From assembly GCA_963803345.1 (NCBI GenBank), contig CAWDLX010000013.1:133804-197803 (forward strand): a stretch of DNA of 64,000 bases, given 5' to 3'. Made by a program: the position numbers and the translations under genes. The notes beneath the pieces were generated by a model. The model searched no databases. It was not told where the DNA came from and saw nothing but the letters and a program-made list of their open reading frames with translations. Below are positions 1 to 10,200 of the stretch, one piece after another (within the stretch, counting starts at the first letter, position 1; each line of letters begins with the position of its first letter). Source of the stretch: an uncultured Actinomycetota bacterium. GTDB lineage: Bacteria; Actinomycetota; Actinomycetes; Mycobacteriales; Micromonosporaceae.

Positions 1-159
1 CAGGTGGTGATCGTGAAGACGACCGGCGCGACGGCGGTGCGAACCGAGCAGGCGGCGGCGGTGAAGGACCTCACGGTCGGATCGTCGGTGACCGTCACCG
101 GTACCACGGCGGCGGACGGCTCGATGACCGCGACCCAGATCACCGCGCAGTCCAAGTAG
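1..159 (+). CDS. hypothetical protein, C-terminal fragment (5' end outside window)
   Basis: Frame 1 is open from base 1 to TAG 157-159 (...KDLTVGSSVTVTGTTAADGSMTATQITAQSK*). No family recognised. Confidence 0.4.
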   Translation, partial: QVVIVKTTGATAVRTEQAAAVKDLTVGSSVTVTGTTAADGSMTATQITAQSK

Positions 160-160
160 C

Positions 161-522
161 TCAGGGCGCTGTCGGGTCGTCCAGACACAGGCAGAACGGG
201 TGCCCGGCCGGATCCGCGTAGACCCGGAATCCGTCGTCGGGGTGCAGCCGGGTGGCCCCGAGCGCGAGCACCTGGCCTCAGCCGCGTCCAGGTCATCGAC
301 GAAGAAGTCCAGGTGGCTCTGCTGGGGAAACTCGGGATCCGGCCAGCGCGGCCGCCGGTGGTCAGGGGCGGGCTGGAACGACAGCCGTGGCACGCCCTGT
401 GTTCCTAGCACCACCCAGTTGCCGTCATCGATCCGCTCCCAGCCGGTCAGCTCGGTGTAGAACGCGCCGAGCGCTACCGGATCCGGGCAGTCGATCACGT
501 ACGCGTACAACCGACCGATCAT
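161..522 (-). pseudogene. VOC (glyoxalase-like) family protein, one frameshift
   Basis: Reverse strand from ATG (comp. 520-522): MIGRLYAYVIDCPDPVALGAFYTELTGWERIDDGNWVVLG...HLDFFVDDLDAAEA. The frame slips near 275 and continues VLALGATRLHPDDGFRVYADPAGHPFCLCLDDPTAP* (stop comp. 161-163). Same family as 26908-27391. Confidence 0.6.
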
Positions 523-630
523 TGGGTCCACCCCTCCCGAACGGAGGCTACCGCACGTTTGCGCCCCCACAGGGGCCACAACCTGAGTCGGCCGCTGTGG
601 CCGCCGGTGTCGTGGGTGGAGAATGGGCGC

Positions 631-1476
631 ATGGGTAGGGTGACGGACCGACGTAGCGTCACACGGATCGATACCACCACACCAGGTGGAGCGGTCAGGG
701 TGATGGACACGCTGGTCGGCGAGGAGCCGCTGGAGATCCGGGTGGCCCGACCGGGCGGGACGAAGGCCCCGCTCGCGGTGACCATGCGGACCCCGGGCGA
801 CGACATCGATCTGGCACTGGGCTTCCTCCTGACGGAGGGCATCATCGCGGCGGCCGACGACGTGATGACCGCGCAGCTGTGCGCCGGTACCGATGAGCCG
901 AACACCTACAACGTCGTCGACATCACGCTCGCGCCGCACGTGCCGCCACCCAGCACCGACCCGACCCGAGCCTTCTACACGACCAGCTCGTGCGGGGTAT
1001 GCGGGAAGGCGAGCATCGACGCGGTCCGGACCACCTCCCGGTTCAACGTGGCCGGCGACCCGGTGACGGTGACACGCCGCCACACTGGCCGCCTGCCGGA
1101 TCGGCTGCGTAAGGCGCAGAAGGCGTTCGACCGCACCGGTGGGCTGCACGCGGCCGGCCTGTTCACGGCCGGGCGGCGACCTGGTGTGCGTGCGCGAGGA
1201 CGTGGGCCGGCACAACGCGGTCGACAAGGTGGTCGGGTGGGCGCTGCGCGAGCGGGCGCCTGCCGCTGGCCGGCCAGGTGCTGCTGGTCAGCGGTCGGGC
1301 GAGCTTCGAGCTGGTGCAGAAGGCCTCCATGGCCGGGGTGCCGGTGCTGGCGGCGGTGTCCGCGCCGAGCACCCTCGCGGTGGACCTGGCCGCTGATGCC
1401 GGGCTCACGTTGGTGGGCTTCCTCCGCGGCGCGACGATGAACGTTTACGCGGGCGCCGCCCGCGTCGTCGCGCTGA
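631..1476 (+). pseudogene. fdhD: formate dehydrogenase accessory sulfurtransferase FdhD, frameshifted
   Basis: ORF 559-1440 holds MGRVTDRRSV...SSCGVCGKASIDAV...GGLHAAGLF. The continuation [22 protein letters not shown] is in ORF 1139-1396. [37 protein letters not shown]...[13 protein letters not shown] is in ORF 1278-2150. That needs two frame slips (about 1165 and 1265). ATG at 631; 3' end approximate. Confidence 0.8.
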
Positions 1477-1479
1477 CCC

Positions 1480-2512
1480 GTCCGCGTCGAGCTCCACTGT
1501 GGACTGACTCGGCGCGGAGGGGCCGGCCAGGCGGGTGGCGATCCGCTCAGGTCGTCGTGGGCGAGCTGGGCCAACCGGTATTCCGGCTCCTCGAGCACGG
1601 CGCGCGCTCGATGGCGAACCGGGCCAGGCGAGCTCACCGCGGCGCCAGGCGGCCAGGCGCGAAGAGGTCGCCGGACCGTCGAACCAGGTCCGGCTCCGCC
1701 CGCCGCATGACGTCCAGCCAGAGCGCGCGGCTCACGGCGAGCATCGCCGGCCGTTCGATCAGCGCGTCCAGCGCGATCTCGCAGAACTCGTCCCAGCACA
1801 GCAGCAGCGAGATCCATGCGACCGAGTCGTCGTCGGGCCGCCGACCTTCGAGCTGGGCGTCCAGGTACGCGTTCTTGAGCGAGTCCCGCCCGCCCGCATC
1901 CAGCCGTTCGAAGAGTCGTCCTCGTCGGCGGCCTCCACCAGCATGGCATCAGCCGCGTGTAGGCGGCCCGGGTCGCCTCCGCGATCGCTTCCCGCGCGGC
2001 ACCGGTCACCGGGTCGAGCTGGTGTTCGTAGGCCGTCCGGTCGGGCAGCGCGGTCAGCCCGCCATGGTGGCCTCGGCCGCCGAACGGCTGTCGCGCACGT
2101 CGTATTCCTGGCCGTCGGGTGGGCAACAGTCCGGGTCGGTGCACAGATAGGACCAGTACCGGCCGTCCTGCGACCGCAGCGCGTCGAGCAGCTCGGTTCC
2201 GATATCGGCCAGCGCGGCGCCCAGGTGTGGCACCAGCGCCCGCACCAGCGCGTCCGGCCCGTACCCGATGAGGATCGCCTCCTGCACGCCACCCGGGCGC
2301 AGTTCGTCCGCCAGTTCGCGGACCAGAGTGCGGGCGACCTGTGGACTCTCGGGCAGGTTCGCGCACGCGGTCACGACGAGCTGCCGTTCGCGCAGGCCGA
2401 CGAGGACAACGGAGTCGGTCGGATGGTACCCGAGAAGGTAGGGCACCGCGCCGAGAATGTCGCGTGGCTCGGCCAGCTTGAGCCGGAACGGGGGTCCGGT
2501 GGGGTCACTCAT
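1480..2512 (-). pseudogene. DUF4192 family protein, multiple frameshifts
   Basis: ORF 2054-2512 (MSDPTGPPFRLKLAEPRDILGAVPYLLGYHPTDSVVLVGL...) is a typical DUF4192 N-terminus. The rest is spread over all three reverse frames: [28 protein letters not shown]; [44 protein letters not shown]...[15 protein letters not shown]; [15 protein letters not shown]. 3' end uncertain (1480-1540). Confidence 0.6.
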
Positions 2513-2598
2513 GAATGTCGAGCCTGCCGAGACGGCGACCAGGTACGGAAGCGCGAATCGGCGAACTGTGGACAGCCGGGCCGCCTGTGGATAACTGC

Positions 2599-3142
2599 TC
2601 AGGTGTCGAAACGCAGCCCACGCAGGTCGAGCGCGCCGTCCGGGCCGGAAGATGTACCGGCCGACCTGCCCAGATCGTAGGCGAGTGTGACAGTGGCGAC
2701 GGTGTCGAAGCCGGCCGTGTGGAGGCTACGCAGGGCCGCCACATCGCGGACCGGTGGGGACACCGTGAGCCGGCGCAGCCCGCGCCGGCGGGCCTCGTCG
2801 ACGACGGTGGCGAGCAGCGCACGACCGATACCGCGTCCGCGCATGCCGTCGGCCACCACGACCGGCTCGACCTCGCCGGCCCGGCCGTCGAGCATGAGGC
2901 CGACGAAACCGGCCACGCCCCGGTCCGCCTCGGCCACCCACATGCCGGACAGGTTGAGCTGGGTCAGGTACTCCTCGAAATCCGGCGCCCGCGTCGGTCT
3001 CCCGGGCCGCTTCGCCGTAGAGGCCCTGCTGGTGGCGCGTCAGCTCGGCCCAGAGCCGCCGGCAGTCGTTGTGGTCCGCGGGCCGGTAAGGGCGGATGGT
3101 CACCCCCGGCAGGCTCCGGGCGGGTGACAGCATTTCGGTCAT
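2599..3142 (-). pseudogene. GNAT family N-acetyltransferase, one frameshift
   Basis: The N-terminus MTEMLSPARSLPGVTIRPYRPADHNDCRRLWAELTRHQQGLYGE is in ORF 2726-3142. The core MWVAEADRGVAGFVGLMLDG...VVADGMRGRGIGRALLATVVDEARRRGLRRLTV is in ORF 2599-2943. The slip is near 2985. Confidence 0.7.
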
Positions 3143-3183
3143 AAGGTCATGCTTACCCCACCAGCCCGGCCACCGGTACCCGA

Positions 3184-4125
3184 ATGACCCGTGTCGCTAG
3201 GCTGGCACCAATGGACCTGGCGTATCTGCGAGCCCACCCGCAGCAGCTACCAACGTTTCTGCGCCACCAACGCATCCGGGAGACTCCGGTGGCGGGTGGC
3301 TCGATCTGTCAGGCCAGCCGGCTCACCCTCGACGACGGCGCTTCGGTGTTCGTCAAGTACCTCAACGATCCCGGGGCCGGAGAACCGGGCACTTCGCAGC
3401 CCGAGCACTTCTTCGAATCGGAGGCCGACGGCCTACGGTGGCTGGCCGGCGCCGGCCCGTCCGGTGCGCCGGTGCCCGAGGTCCTGGTCGCCGGGCCGGA
3501 CCTGCTCGCACTGGAGTGGGTCGAGCCGGGTCCGGCGACGCCGACCGCCGCCGAGCGGTTCGGGCGGGAGCTGGCCACGACGCACCGGGCCGGCGCCGCA
3601 CGCTTCGGTGCGCCCTGGGCCGGCTTCATCGGGCGCCTTCCTCAGTCCAACGACGGCTCCGGCATGGCCTGGCCCGAATTCTTCGCCGAACGTCGGCTGC
3701 ATCCGCACCTGCGGAGCTCTGCAGACTCGGGTGCTCTGGCAGCTACGGACGTGACACTCGTGGAGTCTGTGCTTTCGCGTATCGACGAGCTTGCTCCACC
3801 CGCCGAGGCGCCGGCTCGGGTGCACGGCGATCTGTGGCCCGGCAACGTGCACTGGAGCATCGAAGACCGCGCATACTTGATCGACCCGTCGGCGCATGGG
3901 GGACACCGCGAGACGGACCTTGCCGAGCTGGCCCTGTTCGGTGGAATGCCGTACCTGCCAAGGTTTCTCGCCGCATACGACGAGGCTTGGCCACTGGCTG
4001 AGGGATGGCGTCAACGGGTACCGCTTCATCAGTTGCACCTGTTGCTCGTGCACACGGCATTGTTCGGCTCGAGCTACCGGGGCGCGGTGGTCGACGCCGC
4101 CCAGGACGCTCTGCGGGGATGGTGA
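3184..4125 (+). CDS. fructosamine kinase family protein
   Basis: Intact 313-aa ORF. It has AGGSICQASRLTLDDGASVFVKY, HGDLWPGNVHW and IDPSAHGGHRETDLAELALFG, typical of the fructosamine/ketosamine-3-kinase family. Confidence 0.85.
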   Translation: MTRVARLAPMDLAYLRAHPQQLPTFLRHQRIRETPVAGGSICQASRLTLDDGASVFVKYLNDPGAGEPGTSQPEHFFESEADGLRWLAGAGPSGAPVPEVLVAGPDLLALEWVEPGPATPTAAERFGRELATTHRAGAARFGAPWAGFIGRLPQSNDGSGMAWPEFFAERRLHPHLRSSADSGALAATDVTLVESVLSRIDELAPPAEAPARVHGDLWPGNVHWSIEDRAYLIDPSAHGGHRETDLAELALFGGMPYLPRFLAAYDEAWPLAEGWRQRVPLHQLHLLLVHTALFGSSYRGAVVDAAQDALRGW

Positions 4126-4156
4126 ACCGGGGCCGGTCGGGCGCTACTGTTCAGGA

Positions 4157-5158
4157 ATGCAGCCTGTGCAAGGTCTCGCCGACCGGTTCGGCCGTGTCGC
4201 CACCGATCTGCGGGTCTCCCTGACCGACCGGTGCAATCTGCGGTGCACGTACTGCATGCCCGAGGAAGGGTTGGCCTGGCTACCGAAGCAGACCGTGTTG
4301 ACCGACGACGAGGTGGCCCACCTCGTTCGCATCGCGGTCGAGCAGTTGGGCGTAACCGAGGTCCGCTTCACCGGCGGCGAACCGCTGCTGCGGCCCGGCA
4401 TCGTCGACATCGTCGCGGCCTCGGCCCAGCTTCGCCCCCGGCCGCGGCTGTCGGTGACCACCAACGGCATCGGACTCAAGCGGCTCGCCGGCGCCCTGGC
4501 GGCGGCCGGCCTCGATCGGGTGAACGTCTCGCTCGACACGCTGCGGCAGGACCGCTTCGCCGAGCTCACCCGCCGTGACCGTCTCGAGGACGTGCTGGCC
4601 GGACTGCGGGCGGCCGACGAGGCCGGGCTCCGGCCGGTGAAGCTCAACGCCGTTCTGATGCGCGGTGTCAACGATGACGAGGCGGTTCCTCTGCTGTCGT
4701 TCGCTCTGACCCACGGGTACGAGCTGCGCTTCATCGAGCAGATGCCGTTGGACGCGCAGCATGCCTGGCGCCGCGAGGACATGGTCACCCAGAGCGAGAT
4801 CCTGGCCGCGCTGGGCGAGCACTATTCGCTGAGTGAGGACCCGCACGAGCGGGGGGCGGCGCCAGCGGAGACGTTCATTGTGGACGGTGGCCCGGCCCGG
4901 GTCGGCATCATCGCCAGTGTCACGCAGCCATTCTGTGGCGCCTGCGACCGGACCCGGCTCACCGCCGACGGCCAGGTGCGCAACTGCCTGTTCAGCCAGG
5001 AGGAGACCGACCTGCGGGGCCTGCTGCGCGACGGTGCCTCCGACGACGTGATCGCCAAGGCCTGGCGGACCGCGATGTGGGGAAAGCGGGCCGGCCATGG
5101 CATCGACGATCCCACGTTCCTGCAGCCGGCGCGGCCCATGTCCGCGATCGGCGGCTGA
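4157..5158 (+). CDS. moaA: GTP 3',8-cyclase MoaA (radical SAM)
   Basis: ATG at 4157 inside ORF 3896-5158. MQPVQGLADRFGRVATDLRVSLTDRCNLRCTYCMPEEG carries the CxxxCxxC radical-SAM motif. The C-terminal cluster region is FCGACDRTRLTADGQVRNCLF. Ends ...PMSAIGG. Confidence 0.95.
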   Translation: MQPVQGLADRFGRVATDLRVSLTDRCNLRCTYCMPEEGLAWLPKQTVLTDDEVAHLVRIAVEQLGVTEVRFTGGEPLLRPGIVDIVAASAQLRPRPRLSVTTNGIGLKRLAGALAAAGLDRVNVSLDTLRQDRFAELTRRDRLEDVLAGLRAADEAGLRPVKLNAVLMRGVNDDEAVPLLSFALTHGYELRFIEQMPLDAQHAWRREDMVTQSEILAALGEHYSLSEDPHERGAAPAETFIVDGGPARVGIIASVTQPFCGACDRTRLTADGQVRNCLFSQEETDLRGLLRDGASDDVIAKAWRTAMWGKRAGHGIDDPTFLQPARPMSAIGG

Positions 5159-5203
5159 AGGTTTCCGATTGTCGGCATATACCGGTCGACGTATCGTGGC
5201 GGC

Positions 5204-5533
5204 GTGACCAAGCCGTTGCAGGAGCCGACCTTTCTGATTCTCACCGCGCTCGCTACGGGTCCGTTGCACGGCTATGGCGTGATCCAGGAGGTGAGCACCC
5301 TGTCCGAGGGACGGGTCGTGCTGCGCCCCGGAACTCTCTACGGTGCGCTTGACCGGCTGGTCGAGCAGGGCCTGGCCGTAGCCGACCGGGAAGAGGTCGT
5401 GGACGGCCGGCTGCGTCGCTACTACCGGCTGACCGATGAGGGAGCCGGGGTACTCGACGCGGAGGCGGCCCGACTGACGACGAACGCCGAAGCGGCGATG
5501 AGCCGGCTGCGCCGCCGGGCCCGCCTGGCTTGA
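5204..5533 (+). CDS. PadR family transcriptional regulator
   Basis: Intact 109-aa ORF: FLILTALATGPLHGYGVIQEVSTLSEGRVVLRPGTLYGALDRLVEQGL...RRYYRLTDEG, a PadR winged helix. Confidence 0.9.
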   Translation: MTKPLQEPTFLILTALATGPLHGYGVIQEVSTLSEGRVVLRPGTLYGALDRLVEQGLAVADREEVVDGRLRRYYRLTDEGAGVLDAEAARLTTNAEAAMSRLRRRARLA

Positions 5534-5616
5534 TGGTGACCGGAGCGCGAGGAGGCGAGCTTGCGAGCGTCGGCGGGAGCTGGCCGGGCCGGCGTCGGCT
5601 GGGGCAGGATGGTGGC

Positions 5617-5853
5617 GTGGTAACGGTGCGGTACTTCGCGGCCGCCCGCGCGGCGGCGGGGGTCAGCGAGGAGACATTCGATGTGCCGTCACTCGGCGCG
5701 CTGCGCAAGGAACTCGCCGCGCGCGGCGAGCGGATGGCGCGGGTCGTCGAGGTGGCGAGCTTCCTGGTCGACGGTCTCGCCTGGCACCAGGCGGACGCGC
5801 CTCTGCCGCGCACCTGCACCGTCGACGTGCTGCCACCCTTCGCCGGGGGCTGA
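5617..5853 (+). CDS. moaD: MoaD/ThiS family sulfur-carrier protein
   Basis: ORF 5530-5853 ends ...VDVLPPFAGG* (C-terminal GlyGly). The homologous start is GTG 5617 (VTVRYFAAARAAAGVSEE...). An alternative ATG at 5533 overlaps the padR stop (TGATG) and would add 28 aa. Confidence 0.75.
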   Translation: MVTVRYFAAARAAAGVSEETFDVPSLGALRKELAARGERMARVVEVASFLVDGLAWHQADAPLPRTCTVDVLPPFAGG

Positions 5854-5866
5854 ACCGTAGCGCCGC

Positions 5867-5971
5867 GCCGGAGGCGCCATATAGCTCCGTGCCGGAGGCG
5901 CCATATAGCTCCGCGCCGGAGGCGCCATATAGCTCCGCGCCGGAGGCGCCATATAGCTCCGTGCCGGAGGC
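5867..5971. repeat. 24-bp tandem repeat, about 4.4 copies (GCCGGAGGCGCCATATAGCTCCGY)
   Basis: Units at 5867-5890, 5891-5914, 5915-5938 and 5939-5962, plus a partial unit at 5963-5971. Copies differ only at the last base (T/C). The repeat is intergenic, between moaD and the metallophosphoesterase gene. Confidence 0.9.
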
Positions 5972-6039
5972 CGCAATGTCGATGAGTGCCGTAGGGATTG
6001 CCTCAGGCGCCATTCGGTAGGTTGGCCGCCGGAGGGAAC

Positions 6040-7179
6040 ATGATCGCGGTTGTGCTGATGGTTGCCCTGCTCGTTGTGGCGGCCGCGCACTACTACCTGT
6101 GGCGTCGGCTCGTGCGCGACACCACCACCAACCGGGTGGTCCGCCGCATCGGTACCGGTGTCGTTGTCGGCCTGGGCGCCGTCCTGCTGGCCAGCCTGAT
6201 CGGCAGTCGCGCCCTACCCAGGACGGCCGAGATCCCGATCGCCTGGCCGGGCTACGTCTGGCTGGCGCTGGTGTTCTACCTGCTGCTGACCGTGGCCGTC
6301 CTGGAGATTCCGGCGTTCGTGCTACGGCGAAGACTCAGGGCCACCGGCGCCGATCCGGCCCGGCGGGTCTTCCTGGCCCGGACCGTCGCGGTGACGGCGG
6401 GCGTCGCCTCGGCCGGGCTGGTCGGGGCGGGCATGGTCTCCGCCCTCGGGGCCCCCGGGCTGAAGCGGATCCAGATCCCCCTGGCCAAGCTGCCCCGCTC
6501 GGCTGATCTGACCCGCATCGCCGTGGTCAGCGACATCCATCTTGGGCCCTTGCGCGGGTACTCCCACACCCGACGCATCGTCGACATGATCAACGGGCTG
6601 GACGCCGATGTCGTGGCCGTCGTGGGTGACCTTGTCGATGGAACCGTGGCCGACCTGGGCTTCGCCGCGTCGCCGTTGCGCGACCTGCGCAGCCGGTACG
6701 GGTCGTTCTTCGTCACCGGCAACCACGAGTACTTCTCGGGCTTCCAGGAGTGGCTGGACGAGGTGGCCGGTTTCGGGGTGACACCGCTGCGCAACGAGCG
6801 GGTGGCGCTCCCGTTCGGGGTGGATCTGGCCGGGGTCAACGACGCGTCCGGTACCGGCTCGGGCGATCCGCCGGACTACGACCGCGCGCTGGGCGGGCGG
6901 GACCCGGCCAAGCCGGTGATCCTGCTCGCCCATCAGCCGGTGCAGGCCCACCAGGCGGCCGCTCACGGGGTCGACCTGCAACTGTCCGGGCACACGCACG
7001 GCGGGCAGATGGTCCCGTTCAACGTGATCGTCCGGGCGACCGGGCAGCCGGTGATCAGTGGGCTGGGCGTGGTCGACGGCATGCCGGTGTACGTGACCAA
7101 CGGGGCCGGATTCTGGGGGCCGCCGGTGCGGGTCGGGGCGCCGCCGGACATCACGCTGGTCGAAGTGCGATCGATGTAG
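6040..7179 (+). CDS. membrane-anchored metallophosphoesterase
   Basis: ATG 6040 inside ORF 5998-7179. N-terminal TM helices (MIAVVLMVALLVVAAAHYYLW...), then the calcineurin-like motifs VVSDIHLG, VGDLVDG, TGNHEY and GHTHGGQ. Confidence 0.85.
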   Translation: MIAVVLMVALLVVAAAHYYLWRRLVRDTTTNRVVRRIGTGVVVGLGAVLLASLIGSRALPRTAEIPIAWPGYVWLALVFYLLLTVAVLEIPAFVLRRRLRATGADPARRVFLARTVAVTAGVASAGLVGAGMVSALGAPGLKRIQIPLAKLPRSADLTRIAVVSDIHLGPLRGYSHTRRIVDMINGLDADVVAVVGDLVDGTVADLGFAASPLRDLRSRYGSFFVTGNHEYFSGFQEWLDEVAGFGVTPLRNERVALPFGVDLAGVNDASGTGSGDPPDYDRALGGRDPAKPVILLAHQPVQAHQAAAHGVDLQLSGHTHGGQMVPFNVIVRATGQPVISGLGVVDGMPVYVTNGAGFWGPPVRVGAPPDITLVEVRSM

Positions 7180-7236
7180 TAACGGACAGTATCGACACGC
7201 CACAACACGCGCGCCCGGCCGCCCTGGGCGCCGCCG

Positions 7237-10200
7237 ATGGGGCAAGATGCGCCTGTGCCGGTAGCGCCCGAGTCGTGGATCGCCGATCTCCATATCCACT
7301 CGAAGTTCTCGCGAGCGTGCAGTCGAGACCTCGACCTGGAGAATCTCGCGTGGTGGGCGCAGCGCAAAGGCGTCCGGGTGCTCGGTACCGGCGACTTCAC
7401 CCACCCCGGTTGGTACGACGATCTGTGTACCCACCTGCGCCCGGCCGAGCCCGGCCTGTTCCGGCTCGCCCCCGACCGCGAGCAGCACGTGCGTGACCGG
7501 TTGCCGGCCAGCGTGCACGCCCCGGTCCGGTTCATGCTCAGTGTCGAGATCTCGACGATCTACAAGCGCGGCGACCGCACCCGTAAGGTCCACCACCTGA
7601 TCTACCTGCCTGACCTGGACTCGGTGCGGCGGTTCAACGACCGGCTCGGCCACGGCGCCGGCGGGCTCGGCGCGAACCTGGGCTCCGACGGCCGCCCGAT
7701 CGTCGGTCTCGACTCGCGCGATCTGCTCGAGGTGACGCTCGAGGCGAGTCCGGACGGGTTCCTGGTGCCGGCGCACATCTGGACGCCGTGGTTCTCGGCA
7801 CTCGGCTCACGCTCAGGTTTCGACGCCATCGCCGACTGCTACGCCGACCTGGCCGGTCACATCCATGCCGTCGAGACCGGGCTCAGCTCCGATCCGGCGA
7901 TGAACTGGCGTGTGTCCAGTCTGGACAGTTACCAGCTGGTGTCCAATTCGGACGCGCATTCGCTCCAGGCGCTGGCCCGGGAGGCGACCAGGCTGGACAC
8001 CGGACTCGACTACGCCAGCATCAGGCGGGCGCTGGAGACCGGTGAAGGTCTAAAAGGGACAGTCGAGTTCTTCCCCGAAGAGGGGCGCTATCATGCCGAC
8101 GGCCACCGTGCCTGCGGGGTGTGCTGGGAGCCCCGGCGGACCCGGGAGGGCGGCGGCGCCTGTCCGGAGTGTGGCAAGCCGCTCACGATCGGCGTCCAGC
8201 ACCGTGTCGAGGAGCTGGCGGACCGGCCCGCCGGTTACCGTCCCCCGCAGCGTCCGGACGCCACCTATCTCATCCAACTGCACCAGGTACTCGGCGAGAT
8301 CCAGCGGGTGGGGTCGAAGGCGAAGGCGGTGGAGTCCGCCGCCGCCCGCCTGGTCGCGGAGCTCGGCTCCGAGCTGGACATCCTCATCAGTCGCCCGCTG
8401 GACGAGGTCGCCCGGGTCGGCGGTGAGCTGTTCGGCGAAGCGGTCGCCCGGCTGCGCCGCGGCCAGGTGCACCGCCAGCCGGGGTACGACGGCGAATACG
8501 GCGTGGTCCGCCTCTTCGACCCGACCGAGCTGGCCGCCGGTACCGGTCGGGTGGAGGCCCTGTTCGAGGTCGAGCCGGCGGCCCGCCCGGTGACGCACCG
8601 GACGCCGGCGATCGTCCCCCGCCGCCGGCTACCCCGCCAGGCAGCTCCCCCCGCTGGCCGCGCCGGCCTCTCCCCACCAGCCGTGGGAACCCATGCTGGC
8701 CGGCATGGAGGAGGTCGGTACCGGCCTGCTCGACCGGCTGGACGCGTTGCAGCGGGTGGCGGCGTCGGCGTCCAAGGGCCCTCTGCTCGTGGTGGCCGGG
8801 CCGGGAACAGGCAAGACCCGGACGTTGACCCATCGCATCGCCTACCTCTGCGCTGAGCTGGGCGTACCACCCGAGCAGTGCCTGGCCATCACCTTCACCC
8901 GCCGGGCGGCTGAGGAGATGCGGACCCGCCTGGCCGGACTCATGCAGGACGGCGCCGAGCGGGTCACGGTATCCACGTTCCACGCCCTATGCCTGTCCAT
9001 CCTGCGCGAGCACCCCGAGCAGGCCGGCCTGCGGCCGGGCTTCGGCGTGGCCGACGACGTGGAGCGCACCGCGGCCCTGGCGGCCGACGCGAACAGCCTG
9101 CGTGAGCAGAATCTGGTGGATCTGGACGAGCTCGGACCACTGGCGGTCGCGCTGCTGCGCGAGGACCCGTGCTGGCCGGACAGTACCGGGTCCGCTGGCC
9201 CTGGGTCTTTGTCGACGAGTACCAGGACGTGGACGGCGTCCAGTACGAGTTGCTCCGACTATTGACCACAGTGGACGGTAACGTCTACGCGATCGGCGAC
9301 CCGGATCAGGCCATCTACTCGTTCCGCGGCGCCGACGTCGGCGTACTTCCTGCGCTTCAGCGAGGACTTCCGAAACGCTCGGGTGGTCCGGCTCACCCGC
9401 AACTACCGCTCGAGCGCGCCCGATCATCGCGGCCGCCTCGCAGGCCATCGCGCCCACCTCGCTGGTCCGGGGGCGGCGCCTCGACCCGGCCCGGCTCGAC
9501 CCGGACGCGCCGCTGGTCGGGCTGCACGCGGCGGCGTCGCCGGTGGCCGAGGCCGAATGGGTCGCCCGTACCATCGACGAGCTCGTCGGTGGGGTGTCGC
9601 ACCGGTCGTTCGACGGCGGCCGGGTCGATTCGCGAGCCGGGGTACGCGACGCACTGTCCTTTTCGGATATTGCCGTGCTCTACCGGACCGATGCCCAGGC
9701 CGGCGCCGGTTGTCGAGGCGCTGGCCCGGGCCGGCATCCCGGTGCAGAAGCGGACGCCACGACCGGCTCAGCGCCCGCCGGGCGGTCGGCGAGATCGCGC
9801 GCGAGCTGCGCTTCACGCCGCGAGCCGAGGGCAATCCTGGTCGACCGGGTACGCGCGGCTGGTGCGGCCCTCGCCTCAGGGCGGCCGCGACTGTTCGAAG
9901 TGGACGGTTCCGCACCGGCCATGCTGACCGAGGCGGAGGTGTACATCCGCGGTCGAACTGCTCGTGCCGCTCGCCGCCCGATGCGATGACGACCTGGAGA
10001 GCCTGTTGCAGGCACTCGCGACCGGCGCCGAGGTCGACGCGCTGGATCCGCGGGCTCAGGCGGTCACCGCGTTGACTCTGCACGCGTCGAAGGGTCTCGA
10101 GTGGCCCGTGGTGTTCATCATCGGATGCGAGGACGATCTCCTGCCGCTGCGCCTACCCGGGCAGGCGCACCGACGAGATCGCGGTCGCCGAGGAGCGCCG

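Noticed and set aside
975-2366. 463-aa reverse ORF spanning the fdhD and DUF4192 region. Similar long ORFs include 6322-7776 (-), 12758-14320 (-), 35178-36386 (-), 39933-41075 (-) and 28245-28925 (-).
   Set aside because: Their Arg/Pro/Gly/Ala-dominated translations are typical of off-frame or antisense reading of GC-rich DNA, where stop codons are rare. Each overlaps a gene with clear family motifs in another frame or on the other strand. Parts of 975-2366 merely capture frameshifted pieces of the DUF4192 gene.
5867-5971. CRISPR array hypothesis for the tandem repeats here, at 46127-46234 and at 53775-53928.
   Set aside because: The units are directly adjacent with no unique spacers. Units are 19-24 bp or 61 bp, and no cas genes are nearby.
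5663-6013. Reverse ORFs encoding repeated GASGAELY / PPARSYMA peptides.
   Set aside because: They are simply translations of the 24-bp intergenic tandem repeat. The repeat period is a multiple of 3, which keeps the frames open.
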